Assembly (NCBI GenBank): GCA_038231275.1
Contig: JBBRLQ010000002.1
Coordinates: 480,001 to 544,000, forward strand
DNA from: Polyangiales bacterium
Lineage (GTDB): Bacteria > Myxococcota_A > Polyangia > Polyangiales > Polyangiaceae
Direction of reading: 5' to 3'
Length of the DNA: 64,000 nucleotides
The position numbers were made by a program, and so were the translations under genes. Shown piece by piece: positions 1-9,568 of this stretch. Positions within the stretch are counted from its first letter, which is position 1. The number at the start of each line of letters is the position of its first letter. Under the pieces are notes generated by a model that worked only from the letters and a program-made list of their open reading frames with translations, was not told where the DNA came from and made no database searches.

Positions 1-127
1 AGGTGCATGAATGGAACACCCCTTCCCGCCGCCGTCGGCACGTCGGGCGAACGCGGCCGCGGCGCGAACGTCCTCGACGCGCCCCGACCCCCCCTGGTAC
101 GCCCGCGTGGTGACGGACGGCTCGAGG

Positions 128-1564
128 ATGACGCGCGCGCGCGCGAGGGGTGGTGCTTGGGCCGACCTCGCCTTGCGCGTGCTCGCGTTCGTCGTCCTCG
201 TCGCCACGTTCACCGGCGCGGTCCACGACGTCTCGCAGGCGTACGACTCGGGGTACTACCACTTGCCTTTCGCCGCGCGCCTCGTGGGACTCTTGCCGAG
301 TGACGTCTTCGCCTTTCACGCGGCGAATCAAGCGCGCTTCGAGGGTTTTCCGCTCCTCGGCGAGCTCATGCAGGGTCTGCTCTGGCGGTTCTCGGGCCAC
401 GCGCCGGCGACGAACCTGGTGGCCTTCGCGAGCGTACCGCTCTTCGCGTGGTTCCTCCGCCGTCGATTCGGCGTGCCGGCGTCGACCGCCGTGCTTGCTC
501 TCTTCGCGGTCCCGCTCGTGCAGACGCACGCGGCGTCGACGTACGTGGATCTTCCGGCGAACGCCGCGCTCGCGGTCGTCGTGCTGCTCGCCATTCAGGC
601 GTGGACGACGCCGGGCGACGTGACGCGGCGGACGCTGGCGCTGGCGCTCGTCGCGGGGGCGATCGCGGCCAACATGAAGACTCTCGCCGGGCCGCTCGTC
701 GCGCTCGGGCTCGTGGCACTCGGCGTTCGTGCGTGGCGCGCGTCACCGGCGGGTCGCCGTCACGTCGCGCAGGCGATCGTCCTCCTGCCGCTCGTGTTCG
801 CTACGCCGGTCAAGAACATCGCGCGGCATCACAATCCGTTCTACCCGATAAAAACCAGCGTACTTGGCGTCGCGTTGCCGGGGATCGAGGCGCCGTATTC
901 GTCGTCACCTCGCTGGCTCGCGAGCGCGCCGCAGCCCGCCCGCTTCGTGTGCTCGCTCCTCGAGGTCGGCGCGCGGCCGATGTCCGACCCGCGCCGGTGG
1001 AGCGTCGATCAGTGGATGCCCTCGGACGCCGACGGCTATCGAATGGGCGGGTTCTTCGGCGCGTGGGTCGTGGCGAACGTCGTCCTTCTTGCGTGGCGCG
1101 CCGTGAAGGAGCGCGAGGGCCCGGCGCGGCGGGCGGCGGCGGGCTTCCTCGTCCTCACGGCCGTCGTGAGCGTGATGCCGCAGTCGCACGAGCTCCGGTA
1201 CTACCTCGTGTGGATGCTCGTCCTCGTCGCGACGAACGGCTGGCTCGCCTGCCGCGCGGGCGCACCGCGGGCTCCGCTCGGTCCGCGCGCCTACGCCGCG
1301 CTCTCGGCACTCGCGATGCTCGTCGTGATGAAGGTGACGGATTTCGACTACGTGCACGCGAGCGGGTCGACGTTCGAGGAGGTGCGCGCACGGAAGGTCG
1401 ACGCCGACGCCCTCTCGCGCGTCCCCGACGGCGCGCGGGTGTGCGTGGACCACGCGCCGTGGAATCTGCTCTACGCGGCGCCGTTCCAGCCCGGACCTGC
1501 GCGCCGCTACGTCGTGATCGAGGCCGAGTCGCCCGAAGACTGCGGCGGCGCGCCGCCGCTCTGA
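128..1564 (+). CDS. Polytopic membrane protein, probable GT-C-fold glycosyltransferase (start may be at 11 or 128)
   Basis: About 10-12 hydrophobic segments; acidic motif after TM1 (YDSGYYHLPFA); YVD and NPFYP motifs; adjacent to GT2 and DUF2304 genes. Confidence 0.55.
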   Translation: MTRARARGGAWADLALRVLAFVVLVATFTGAVHDVSQAYDSGYYHLPFAARLVGLLPSDVFAFHAANQARFEGFPLLGELMQGLLWRFSGHAPATNLVAFASVPLFAWFLRRRFGVPASTAVLALFAVPLVQTHAASTYVDLPANAALAVVVLLAIQAWTTPGDVTRRTLALALVAGAIAANMKTLAGPLVALGLVALGVRAWRASPAGRRHVAQAIVLLPLVFATPVKNIARHHNPFYPIKTSVLGVALPGIEAPYSSSPRWLASAPQPARFVCSLLEVGARPMSDPRRWSVDQWMPSDADGYRMGGFFGAWVVANVVLLAWRAVKEREGPARRAAAGFLVLTAVVSVMPQSHELRYYLVWMLVLVATNGWLACRAGAPRAPLGPRAYAALSALAMLVVMKVTDFDYVHASGSTFEEVRARKVDADALSRVPDGARVCVDHAPWNLLYAAPFQPGPARRYVVIEAESPEDCGGAPPL

Positions 1565-1899
1565 GCCGAGCCCCCGATTCGGCGCGACTCGGCGACGGCG
1601 ACCGCGCGTGCGAGCTGGGTGATGAGCTCCGCGTCCTCGAGGCGCCGGCGTCGGGTGAGGAGCGACTCTCGCACGAGCCAGATGACCGTCGGGTAGAGGA
1701 AGAAGTCGACGCCGCGGCCGATGCCGACGAGGTTGGCGAGCTCGGTCGCGCGGTTCGGGAACGCGATGAAGAACGCGCCGGCGATGAACGCGGCGGTCTC
1801 GAGGACGAGGACGCGGCGGTTCTTCGCGCGCATCGTCGCCCAGTCGAAGACGAGGAGCCCGAAGACGAGCAAGAGGAGGAGCGCGGCGGCGAGGGTCAT
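1507..1899 (-). CDS. DUF2304 family small membrane protein (GacJ/Rv3632-like)
   Basis: Three TM helices with ANLVGIGRGVDFFLY signature and C-terminal ITQLARAVA helix; directly downstream of GT2. Confidence 0.85.
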   Translation of the reverse strand: MTLAAALLLLLVFGLLVFDWATMRAKNRRVLVLETAAFIAGAFFIAFPNRATELANLVGIGRGVDFFLYPTVIWLVRESLLTRRRRLEDAELITQLARAVAVAESRRIGGSAQSGGAPPQSSGDSASITT

Positions 1900-1903
1900 G
1901 GCG

Positions 1904-2647
1904 TCAGGTCTCGCGCTCGCCGAAGACGTACTGGATCGCCAGATCGTGCAGGATTCCCAGCGCGCCGAGCGAGCGCTGGCCCTTGGCGAGCGACTCTTTC
2001 GTGTACCGCACCGACACCGGCATCTCCTCGACGACGAGCGGCGCGGCGCGGCGGACGCGCTGCTTGATCTCGGTCGCGTGCGCCATGCCGTTCTGCCGAA
2101 TCGGGATCTGCTCGATCGCTCGGCGGCTGAACGCGCGGAGGCCGTTGTGCGCGTCGGCGAGGCGCAGGCCCGTGATGGCCCACTCGAAGACGCGCGCGGC
2201 GCGCAAGACGGCGGCGCGGAGGAACGGCACGTTCGATCCGCCCGCGAAGCGATCGCCGAACACGACGTCCGCCCCTGCCGCGACGCGCTCGGCGAGGCGC
2301 AGCGCGTCGACGGCGCCGTGCTGTCCGTCGGAGTCCATCGTCACGTACGCGCTGAAGGCCTCGTCCGCGAGGGCCAGCTGACGCGCGGTCTCGAGGGCTG
2401 CGCCTTGCCCGAGATTGACCGGGTGTCGCGCGAGCACGATCTCGAGCCACGGCGCGGCGAGCTCTTGCGCGATCTCGAGCGGCGGCTCGCTGCCGTCGTC
2501 GACGACGAAGACGGTCACATGAGCGCGATCGCGTGACGCGGCGCGCAGCGAGGCGAGCGTCGGTCCGAGCGTCGCGCGCTCTTCGTACGCCGGCATCAGG
2601 ATCGCGACGGCAGGCAAGACGGCGGACACGGCAGGCACGGTGGTCAC
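1904..2647 (-). CDS. Glycosyltransferase family 2, polyprenol-phosphate glycosyltransferase (DPM1/GacI/PpgS-like)
   Basis: MPAYEE, VVDDGS, HPVNLGQGAALETA, TMDSDGQH, DVVFGDRF and DAHNGLRAF motifs; GTG start at 2647 overlaps the upstream stop (GTGA). Confidence 0.9.
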   Translation of the reverse strand: MTTVPAVSAVLPAVAILMPAYEERATLGPTLASLRAASRDRAHVTVFVVDDGSEPPLEIAQELAAPWLEIVLARHPVNLGQGAALETARQLALADEAFSAYVTMDSDGQHGAVDALRLAERVAAGADVVFGDRFAGGSNVPFLRAAVLRAARVFEWAITGLRLADAHNGLRAFSRRAIEQIPIRQNGMAHATEIKQRVRRAAPLVVEEMPVSVRYTKESLAKGQRSLGALGILHDLAIQYVFGERET

Positions 2648-4481
2648 GGCGCCATTCCGCAGCGGACGCCGGATCGCGCTGTGAGGCAAAGATCGGCGCG
2701 TCCGTCTCCGTTGACGTCCGCGAGCGACGGCATGGCACCCGCCGCGAGCTCCGGGAGGGACGACGCCTCGGCCCAGTTCGTCGGCGCCGTGAAGGCGTGC
2801 CCGGTCGAGAACGCGCACGCGACGGCGCCGGCACGCACGAAGCACGCATCGGCGCGCCCGTCGCCGTTGAGATCGCCGAGCTCGACGGCGCCCGATGCCT
2901 CACCGGCGCCGTCGACGCGGCCCCACGCGCGGAGGTGACCGAACGACGCGCCGCTCGAATTTGCGCACGCGAGCCCGGCGGCGCTTCGGCCGCACGCGTC
3001 GGCGCGCCCGTCCCCGTCCACGTCACCGAGCGCGAAGCTCGCGCTCCAGACGGAATCCGCCGCGAGCCAGAGGCGCGCGTGCTCGAAGGCGTGCTCGTGG
3101 CTGCGCGCGCAGACGACTCCGCGTGGCCCCGCCGAGCACGCGTCGGCGCGACCGTCGCTGTCGACGTCGGCGAAGCGAACCGCGCCGGTGCCTTTGAGGC
3201 CGGCGGTCGCGCGAAGCTCGGCCCGCGAGGTGAGAGCGCACACGATCTCCTCGTCGCCTCGGCGCGTGCAGGTGTCGGCGCGGCCGTCGCCGTCGACGTC
3301 GGCGAGGTGGAGCTCATCACCGGCGGAAGGCACCACGATCCCCGCGAGCGGAGCGAAGCGTGCCTCGGGCCGCGCGCTGGCGTCGGCGAACGCGCGCTCG
3401 GACCGCGCGCACGAGATCGCGTCGGCGTCGCGCGCGCAGAGATCCGCGCGGCCGTCGCCGTCCACGTCCCCGAAGGCGAGCGCGTCGAGGCGGCCGTCGT
3501 CGAGCGCCGCGCGATCCGCCTCGGCGTTCGGAAAGCGCGTGCGCATCGGCGAGAACTGGAGGACGGGGGCCGCGAAGACGTACCCGCGCGCGCGCGCAGC
3601 GGCGGCACCAGCGCCTGCGCGACCTCGAGCGCGAACCTCGACCCTACGTGTCCCACGCGGTCATGCAGTAGCACGATCCCATGGCGCGCGGACTCGATCG
3701 CGTCCACATAGCGAGTCGCGACGACCTGCGGCCGCACGCGCAGATGCCCGGACGGTCCCGCCGGCTCGCACTCGCGCTGCGGGCGGCTGGACGCGCAGTC
3801 GAGCGACGCCTCCCAGTCCTTGCGATCGACGTCCCAGCGCACCGGCCCGAGAAGACCCTCGAGCGCGGGATCGTCCTCCGCGGCGTCTGCGTCCGCGCCG
3901 TTCCACGCGCCACCCGGCGCGCGAAAGAGGGCGACCTCGCTCTCCAAGAACGGATCGAGGCGCCGCTGGTTCGCGTCGAGCTGCGCACGAACGACCGCCG
4001 CGCTCGCGCCCCAGAGGAGCGCGTGGTTCTCCGTGTGGTTGCCGACGCGATGGCCGAGGCGCACGAGATCGCCGAGCACCGGGATGAAGTCCGCGCCGCT
4101 CGCGAACACGCCGGCGCCGGCACCGGGGTCCGACGAGACGCCGGCGACCCACGCGCCGACCACGAAGAACGTCGCCGACACGCGCTCGCGGTGCAGGTAC
4201 TCGGCGAGCGCGCGCGTTCCTAGATCGGGCCCGTCGTCCCACGTGAGCGCGACGACGTGATCGGGGAACGCGCGGCCGTCGAGCTGCGGCCTGTACGCGT
4301 GGCGCGGCGCGGGAGCCACCGGCGTCTCGGGCGGTGACTCCGGCGCGGGCGCACCCACCTCGCGGACCTCCTTGGCGGACGGCTCGTCGCCACCTCTGGG
4401 CGAAGTGCAGGCGACCGCGAGCGCCACGATGGCCGCGCACCCTCTCGAACCGATTCCACGCAAAGGCCTCAAGCTCGGCAC
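2644..4481 (-). pseudogene. Lipoprotein polysaccharide deacetylase (CE4/NodB) fused to FG-GAP/VCBS repeats, interrupted by a +2 frameshift at about 3585-3597
   Basis: Lipobox-like AVAC; CE4 motifs LTWDDGP, ATFFVVG, GNHTENH, FRAPGG, IVLLHD; after the (CG)6 tract the second frame carries five D-x-[DN]-[GS]-D-G-R-A-D repeats; deleting one CG restores LRARGYVFAAP. Confidence 0.8.
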
Positions 4482-4565
4482 GGCGCCCCGTTCAACACCG
4501 AAACGTACGACGATCGCGGCCGCCGCCAGTAATTTTTCGTCGGGCGCTGTGGGCGGCCGAACGCG

Positions 4566-4889
4566 TCAATGCGCCTTCGGCGTTGCTTTGGACGGCGCCG
4601 TGCCCCGGTGCCCGCGCGCCGGTTTTGCTTTCTTGCCGGCGTGGTGCTTCTTTTTTCCGTGCGGAGACTTCGAGGCGCGAGACTTTCTGGTCGCGCGCGG
4701 GGCCTTTCCGCCCGGGCTCGTCGCGCCCGTCGCGCCCGTCGCGCTCGTCGCCGCGCCCGCGGGCGGCGTCGTGGCCGCGAGGGCGACCGGCTCGAACAGC
4801 GCGAAGAAGAGCCCCGCGCACGCAATGACGACGACCCAGCGCGCGAGCGCCGGCCACTGTGAACGAAACGCGAGGCTTCCAGGTCTCAT
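4566..4889 (-). CDS. Small secreted Lys/His/Arg-rich hypothetical protein
   Basis: Signal peptide ending ALA, Ala/Thr/Gly linker, basic tail (KSPHGKKKHHAGKKAK). Confidence 0.55.
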   Translation of the reverse strand: MRPGSLAFRSQWPALARWVVVIACAGLFFALFEPVALAATTPPAGAATSATGATGATSPGGKAPRATRKSRASKSPHGKKKHHAGKKAKPARGHRGTAPSKATPKAH

Positions 4890-5054
4890 GCCCGAACGAT
4901 GGAGCACGCCGCGTGCCGAGGCTCGGCTCCGCGGGATCGGCGCGCAACTCGTGCGACGGCGCCGTCTTCTCGGAGGCCGGTACGACGTGTGACCATTCGT
5001 GCGCGAGCCCGCCTGAGGGCAACGCGCCTCAACGCACCGCGTCGTGCGCGCCTT

Positions 5055-8000
5055 CTAGTCTCGCTCTTCGTGGTGCACGCGGGCTGCTGCGCGCTCGATC
5101 GCTTCGCACTCGTCGCCGCGCGAACGTGCACAGCGCACCAATGCCGATGCCTCCACCCCGGGCCTCTCGTCGGGCGCGCTTCCCGCGACGACCGCGGTGG
5201 GAACCGGCGCGAGCCCGTGGGCGGCGAGCGCGCCGTCGAGCGGACGAATTCCGGTGGCGACGACCGTGTCGACCTCCTTGGCGACCTCCTCGAGCTCACG
5301 TCGCAGCACGTCGGTGCGATCGAGGAGGTACTGCGCCGGCTTCCCCTCCCAGCCGAGCAGCGCGCCGTAGAGCATGTCGGCGTGCTCGCGGATGCGCTCC
5401 TCGCCCGTGATCGCGCCGCCCTCCTTGGTGGCCACGATCTTCTTCTTCGCTTCGTCGAGGCGTTCGATCGTCGCTTGGAGCTTCTTCACCAGCGGATCGC
5501 CGGGCGGCAGGGCCTTCACGCGCGCCTGCGCCCCGTCCTTGGCGGTCTGGATCCGGTCGATGACACCGCTCATCTCGCCGAAGAGCGCGTGGGCCTTCAT
5601 CGCCGCGTCGAACTGCGCCTTTCGCGCACCGACGTCGTAGGTCGCGCGGCGGTCGAGACCGATCGCCAGCTTCGTCTCCAGGACCTCGGTCCCCTTGGTG
5701 AGCCGCACGGTGTACGTCCCGGGCACGACGCGCGGGCCCTGCGACGCCGAGAACGCGAGCTGCGCGGCGCGCGGCACACGCGGCGGCTTCACCTGCATCG
5801 ACCACGCGACGCGGTTGATGCCGCGACGCTTCGTGGTCGGCACCGTGTCGACGACCTTGCCCGCCTCGTCGAGGATCTCGAGCTTCAAGGGCCCGAAGAG
5901 GTGCCGCGTCCGCTGGTAGTACGTGATGACGGCGCCGCCCGTCGGGTTGTGGCCGGCAAAGACCGCGTCACCTTCGGCCCAGCCGCCGCTTCCGCGCAGG
6001 CGCTGCTGCGCCGGCCGTCCGGGCAAGAACGCCGCCGACGACGCGAGCGTCTCCTGCGCCAGCGCGCGAAGAGGCGTCAAATCGTCCAAGATCCAGATGC
6101 CGCGCCCGTGCGTCGCGATGACGAGATCGTTGTCACGCGGATGCACTTGCACCTCGCGCACCGCGACGCTCGGGAAGTCTCCGCCCTTGAACTCCGTCCA
6201 CGCCGCGCCGCCGTCGACCGATATCCAGAGCCCTTGCTCGGTGCCGAGGAAGAGGAGCTGCGCCTTCGCGGTGTCCTCCTTGATGACGTGCGCGTAGCCG
6301 CGTACGCCCTTCGCGGGCGACACGATCCGCGTCCACGATTTCCCGAAGTCGGTCGTCTTGTAGACCGACGGAGTCATGTCCCCGAAGGTGTGGCGATCGA
6401 ACGCGGCGTAGGCGGTGCCCGGCTCGAAGCGGCTCGCCTCGACCCAGCTCACCCACGACCGCGGCTGCCCGACGACGTTGCGGATGACGTTGTCCCACGT
6501 CTTGCCGCCGTCCTTCGTGATCTGCAGGTTCCCGTCGTCGGTGCCGACCCAGATGACCTTGCCGTCGAGCGGCGACTCGCTGATCGAGTAGATCGTCGTG
6601 TGCATCTCCGCGGACGAGTTGTCGATCGTGACGCCGCCCGATTGCTCCTGCTTTTGCTTCTCTTTGTCGTTCGTCGTCAGATCCGGCGAGATGCGATCCC
6701 ACGAGTCGCCGCGATCGCGCGAGCGGAACAGGAACTGCGCGCCGATGTAGATCGTCCCCTTCTGCGTCGGGCTGGCGTGGATGGGCGTGTTCCAGTTGAA
6801 GCGCAGCTTCTCGTGGAAGCCCGCCTTCGGCTGGATGTCGCGCGCGACCAGCGTCTTGCGATCGACGCGGCCGATGTGCCCGCCTTGTGACTCGGCGTAG
6901 ACCGCGTCGGGGTCGAGCGGGTCTACGATGGTCCAGAAGCCGTCGCCGTCGAACAGGTTCTCCCATCGGTGGTTCGAGATGCCGCCGGGATACGCCGAAT
7001 CGCCAGCCCACGAGCTGTTGTCCTGGAGGCCGCCGTACACCTGGTACGGGTCCTTCGCGTCGACGCTCACGTGGTAAAATTGGGAGACCGGAAGGTTGTT
7101 CGACTTCCACCAGCGGCTGCCGCCGTCGTGGGAGGTCCAGAGGCCGCCATCGTCGATGCCGATGAGGTGCTTGGTGTTGCCCGGATCGATCCAGACGTCG
7201 TGCCAGTCGCCGTGCGAGCCGCCCGAGGTGTCGGCGAAGCTGCGGCCGCCGTCCTCACTGACGATGACGTTGAGCCCCGCCTTGAAGAGGTGCTCGGGGT
7301 TGGTGGGGTCGACGATGAGCCGGGCGAAGTAGAACGGGCGCCAGACCATGTGCTGACTCTTGTCGCGCTGCTCCCAGGTGACGCCGCCGTCGCTCGAGCG
7401 GAAGAGCGCGGAGTCGGTCGACTCGATCATCGCGTAGACGATCTTCGGATCGCTCGGTGCGATGACGACCTCGGTGCGACCCCACGGGGTCTTGGGGAGC
7501 CCCTTGTTCGCGGCGGCGGTGAGGAGGGTCCACGATTTGCCGCCATCGGCCGTGCGGTAGAGGCCGCTGCCGCTGGGTGAGGTGGGTCCCTCGCCGCCCG
7601 AGCGGAACGTCCAGCCTTTGCGGCGGAAGTCCCAGGTCCCGGCGAGGAGCACGTCGGGGTTCTGCGGATCCATCGTGACGCCGGAGCAGCCGGTGGACGC
7701 GTTGGCGCCTTTGAGGACGAGCGCCCAGTGCTTGCCGCCGTCGGTGGTCTTGTAGAGACCGCGCTCGGCGCTGTCGCTCCATAGCTTGCCGGGGACACAC
7801 GCGTAGACCACGTCGCCGTTCTTCGGGTGCACCAGGATCTTCGTGATGCGCTCGGACTCGGGGAGGCCCATGTTCGTCCACGTGGCGCCGGCGTCCGTGG
7901 ACTTGTAGATGCCGTCGCCGATCGACACCGAGTTGCGTGTCCAGGTTTCGCCGGTGCCGACCCACACCGTCCGCTTATTTTGAGGGTCGACGGCGATGGC

Positions 8001-9035
8001 GCCGATCGACTGGACCGGCATCTTGTCGAAGACGGGGCGGAACGTGGTGCCGCCGTCGAGGGACTTCCACACGCCGCCGCTCGCCGCGCCCGCGTAGACG
8101 ACGGTCTTGCCGCCCTCCACGTAGGCCGCGATCGCCGCGACGCGCCCGCTCATCTGCGCGGAGCCGATGTTGCGCGCGCCGAGCCCCGAGAGGATGCCTG
8201 CGTCGAGCACGGGAGGGCGCGCGGCGGCGGGCGCGCGCGAGGCGACCGCCGGACCGGCGGAGATCGCCGTCGAGACGAGCGCGCGCGCGACCTTGCCGGA
8301 CGGGAACTTGAAGAGGCCGTCGTCGAGCTCCACGTTCGCCTCGGCGCGCGAGTACGTGAGGCGGAACGTTCGAGGACCGCCCTTGCGCCCCGACTCTGCC
8401 GAGAGCGCCATCCACACGCCCTCGATCTGCTCGTAGCCGCCGAGGTCGGTCTCGGTGATGCGCTCGGTGCCGCGCACTTTGCGCTCCATCACGGTGCGGA
8501 TTTCGAGGAAATAGTCGGGATCGAGGTACGTGTATTGTACATCCCCGTCCTTGAAGGTGATCCGGAGCTTGTGCGCGAGGGTGCCGTCGATGTCCTCGGT
8601 ACCGAGGTAGTCGACCTTGTGCCCCTTGGTCTTCCAGTCGACGAGCGGGCCGTCGATGTCGGCGTCCTGCGCCAGCTCCTTGGCCTCGTCGGCCGAGACC
8701 TTGAACGCGTCGACGCGCCCCTGGAAGGGCTCGACCTTCCACCCCTCGGCGCCGTCGAACGCGTCGACGGCGGTGAGTCCCTGGATGCCGACCTCGACGC
8801 GGAGTTTGCCGCCGCGCTTGTTGCCGACGGCGAACGACGCCTCGATGCTGCTGTCGCCGAAGCCGAACGTCGCGGTCCCGGTCAGGCGCAGCGACTTGAT
8901 CGCGCGGAGCTTGTCGACGCCCCCGCGGGCCTCGAGGCTCTTGGCGACGATCTCGTCGACGGTCATCGCCGCGCCGAGGTCTCCGGCACGGAAGAAGAGC
9001 ACGCAAGCGAGCAGGCACGCGGCGACGAATCTCAT
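5055..9035 (-). CDS. Secreted protein: N-terminal LolA-like/lipoprotein-sorting-type domain fused to a VPS10/sortilin-like BNR (Asp-box) beta-propeller
   Basis: Signal peptide MRFVAACLLAC; many Asp-boxes (SLDGGTTF, STDAGATW, TTDGGKHW, SSDGGVTW, SRDRGDSW); RNIGSAQMSGR, GGLQDNSSW, RFNWNTP and ATHGRGIWILDD motifs. Confidence 0.85.
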   Translation of the reverse strand: MRFVAACLLACVLFFRAGDLGAAMTVDEIVAKSLEARGGVDKLRAIKSLRLTGTATFGFGDSSIEASFAVGNKRGGKLRVEVGIQGLTAVDAFDGAEGWKVEPFQGRVDAFKVSADEAKELAQDADIDGPLVDWKTKGHKVDYLGTEDIDGTLAHKLRITFKDGDVQYTYLDPDYFLEIRTVMERKVRGTERITETDLGGYEQIEGVWMALSAESGRKGGPRTFRLTYSRAEANVELDDGLFKFPSGKVARALVSTAISAGPAVASRAPAAARPPVLDAGILSGLGARNIGSAQMSGRVAAIAAYVEGGKTVVYAGAASGGVWKSLDGGTTFRPVFDKMPVQSIGAIAVDPQNKRTVWVGTGETWTRNSVSIGDGIYKSTDAGATWTNMGLPESERITKILVHPKNGDVVYACVPGKLWSDSAERGLYKTTDGGKHWALVLKGANASTGCSGVTMDPQNPDVLLAGTWDFRRKGWTFRSGGEGPTSPSGSGLYRTADGGKSWTLLTAAANKGLPKTPWGRTEVVIAPSDPKIVYAMIESTDSALFRSSDGGVTWEQRDKSQHMVWRPFYFARLIVDPTNPEHLFKAGLNVIVSEDGGRSFADTSGGSHGDWHDVWIDPGNTKHLIGIDDGGLWTSHDGGSRWWKSNNLPVSQFYHVSVDAKDPYQVYGGLQDNSSWAGDSAYPGGISNHRWENLFDGDGFWTIVDPLDPDAVYAESQGGHIGRVDRKTLVARDIQPKAGFHEKLRFNWNTPIHASPTQKGTIYIGAQFLFRSRDRGDSWDRISPDLTTNDKEKQKQEQSGGVTIDNSSAEMHTTIYSISESPLDGKVIWVGTDDGNLQITKDGGKTWDNVIRNVVGQPRSWVSWVEASRFEPGTAYAAFDRHTFGDMTPSVYKTTDFGKSWTRIVSPAKGVRGYAHVIKEDTAKAQLLFLGTEQGLWISVDGGAAWTEFKGGDFPSVAVREVQVHPRDNDLVIATHGRGIWILDDLTPLRALAQETLASSAAFLPGRPAQQRLRGSGGWAEGDAVFAGHNPTGGAVITYYQRTRHLFGPLKLEILDEAGKVVDTVPTTKRRGINRVAWSMQVKPPRVPRAAQLAFSASQGPRVVPGTYTVRLTKGTEVLETKLAIGLDRRATYDVGARKAQFDAAMKAHALFGEMSGVIDRIQTAKDGAQARVKALPPGDPLVKKLQATIERLDEAKKKIVATKEGGAITGEERIREHADMLYGALLGWEGKPAQYLLDRTDVLRRELEEVAKEVDTVVATGIRPLDGALAAHGLAPVPTAVVAGSAPDERPGVEASALVRCARSRGDECEAIERAAARVHHEERD

Positions 9036-9060
9036 GGTGGGGCATGATACGACGAACTGC

Positions 9061-9465
9061 GTGCACGACGACCTGGATCCGGAGGAGCGGGCCAAGCTCA
9101 AGCGCAAGGCGAAGATTCGGCTCGGCGTAGCCCTATTCATCGCGGCGCTGGCGACGTTCGCGTGGGTGTACGTGCGGTACCTCGCGCCGAAGGCGGGGCT
9201 CGGCGGGCCGTGCCGCTACGCGATGAACTGCCGCGCGGACGCGCCGCGCTGCATGCGCCCTTCGATCGACGAGGACGGCGTGTGCAGCCGCCCCTGCGCG
9301 CCGCCCGAGGTCGATTGCGCGGAGGGGATCCGCTGCCTCGAGATCGAGCTCGACGACGAGCGGGACGCGCGAGGGATGCCGGCGAAGGGGGGCTACTGTT
9401 TTCCGCGCGCATTCCTGGACGCGCGCAAGAAGAAGCCGGCGCGCGACGCGGGGGCCGCGCGGTAG
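9061..9465 (+). CDS. Single-TM Cys-rich hypothetical protein
   Basis: TM helix followed by an 8-Cys domain (GGPC...C...C...GVCSRPC...C...C...GYCFP); GTG start inferred. Confidence 0.7.
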   Translation: MHDDLDPEERAKLKRKAKIRLGVALFIAALATFAWVYVRYLAPKAGLGGPCRYAMNCRADAPRCMRPSIDEDGVCSRPCAPPEVDCAEGIRCLEIELDDERDARGMPAKGGYCFPRAFLDARKKKPARDAGAAR

Positions 9466-9482
9466 TCCTTCACGTATCCGGA

Positions 9483-9510
9483 AGGCGGGCTCGTGACCGC
9501 CTCTTCTGTT
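9483..9510 (+). terminator. Possible intrinsic terminator hairpin between convergent genes
   Basis: AGGCGG-N8-CCGCCT followed by CTTCTGTT. Confidence 0.25.
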
Positions 9511-9568
9511 CCAACGTGTCCGCCGTACTCGAGCCGGACGCTCACGACGACGCCGGACGCGGGTGAAA

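Noticed and set aside
1896..3584. C-terminal part of the 861-aa ORF 1896-4481 as a real protein
   Set aside because: It is out-of-frame read-through after the (CG)6 frameshift and overlaps the true FG-GAP and GT2 frames
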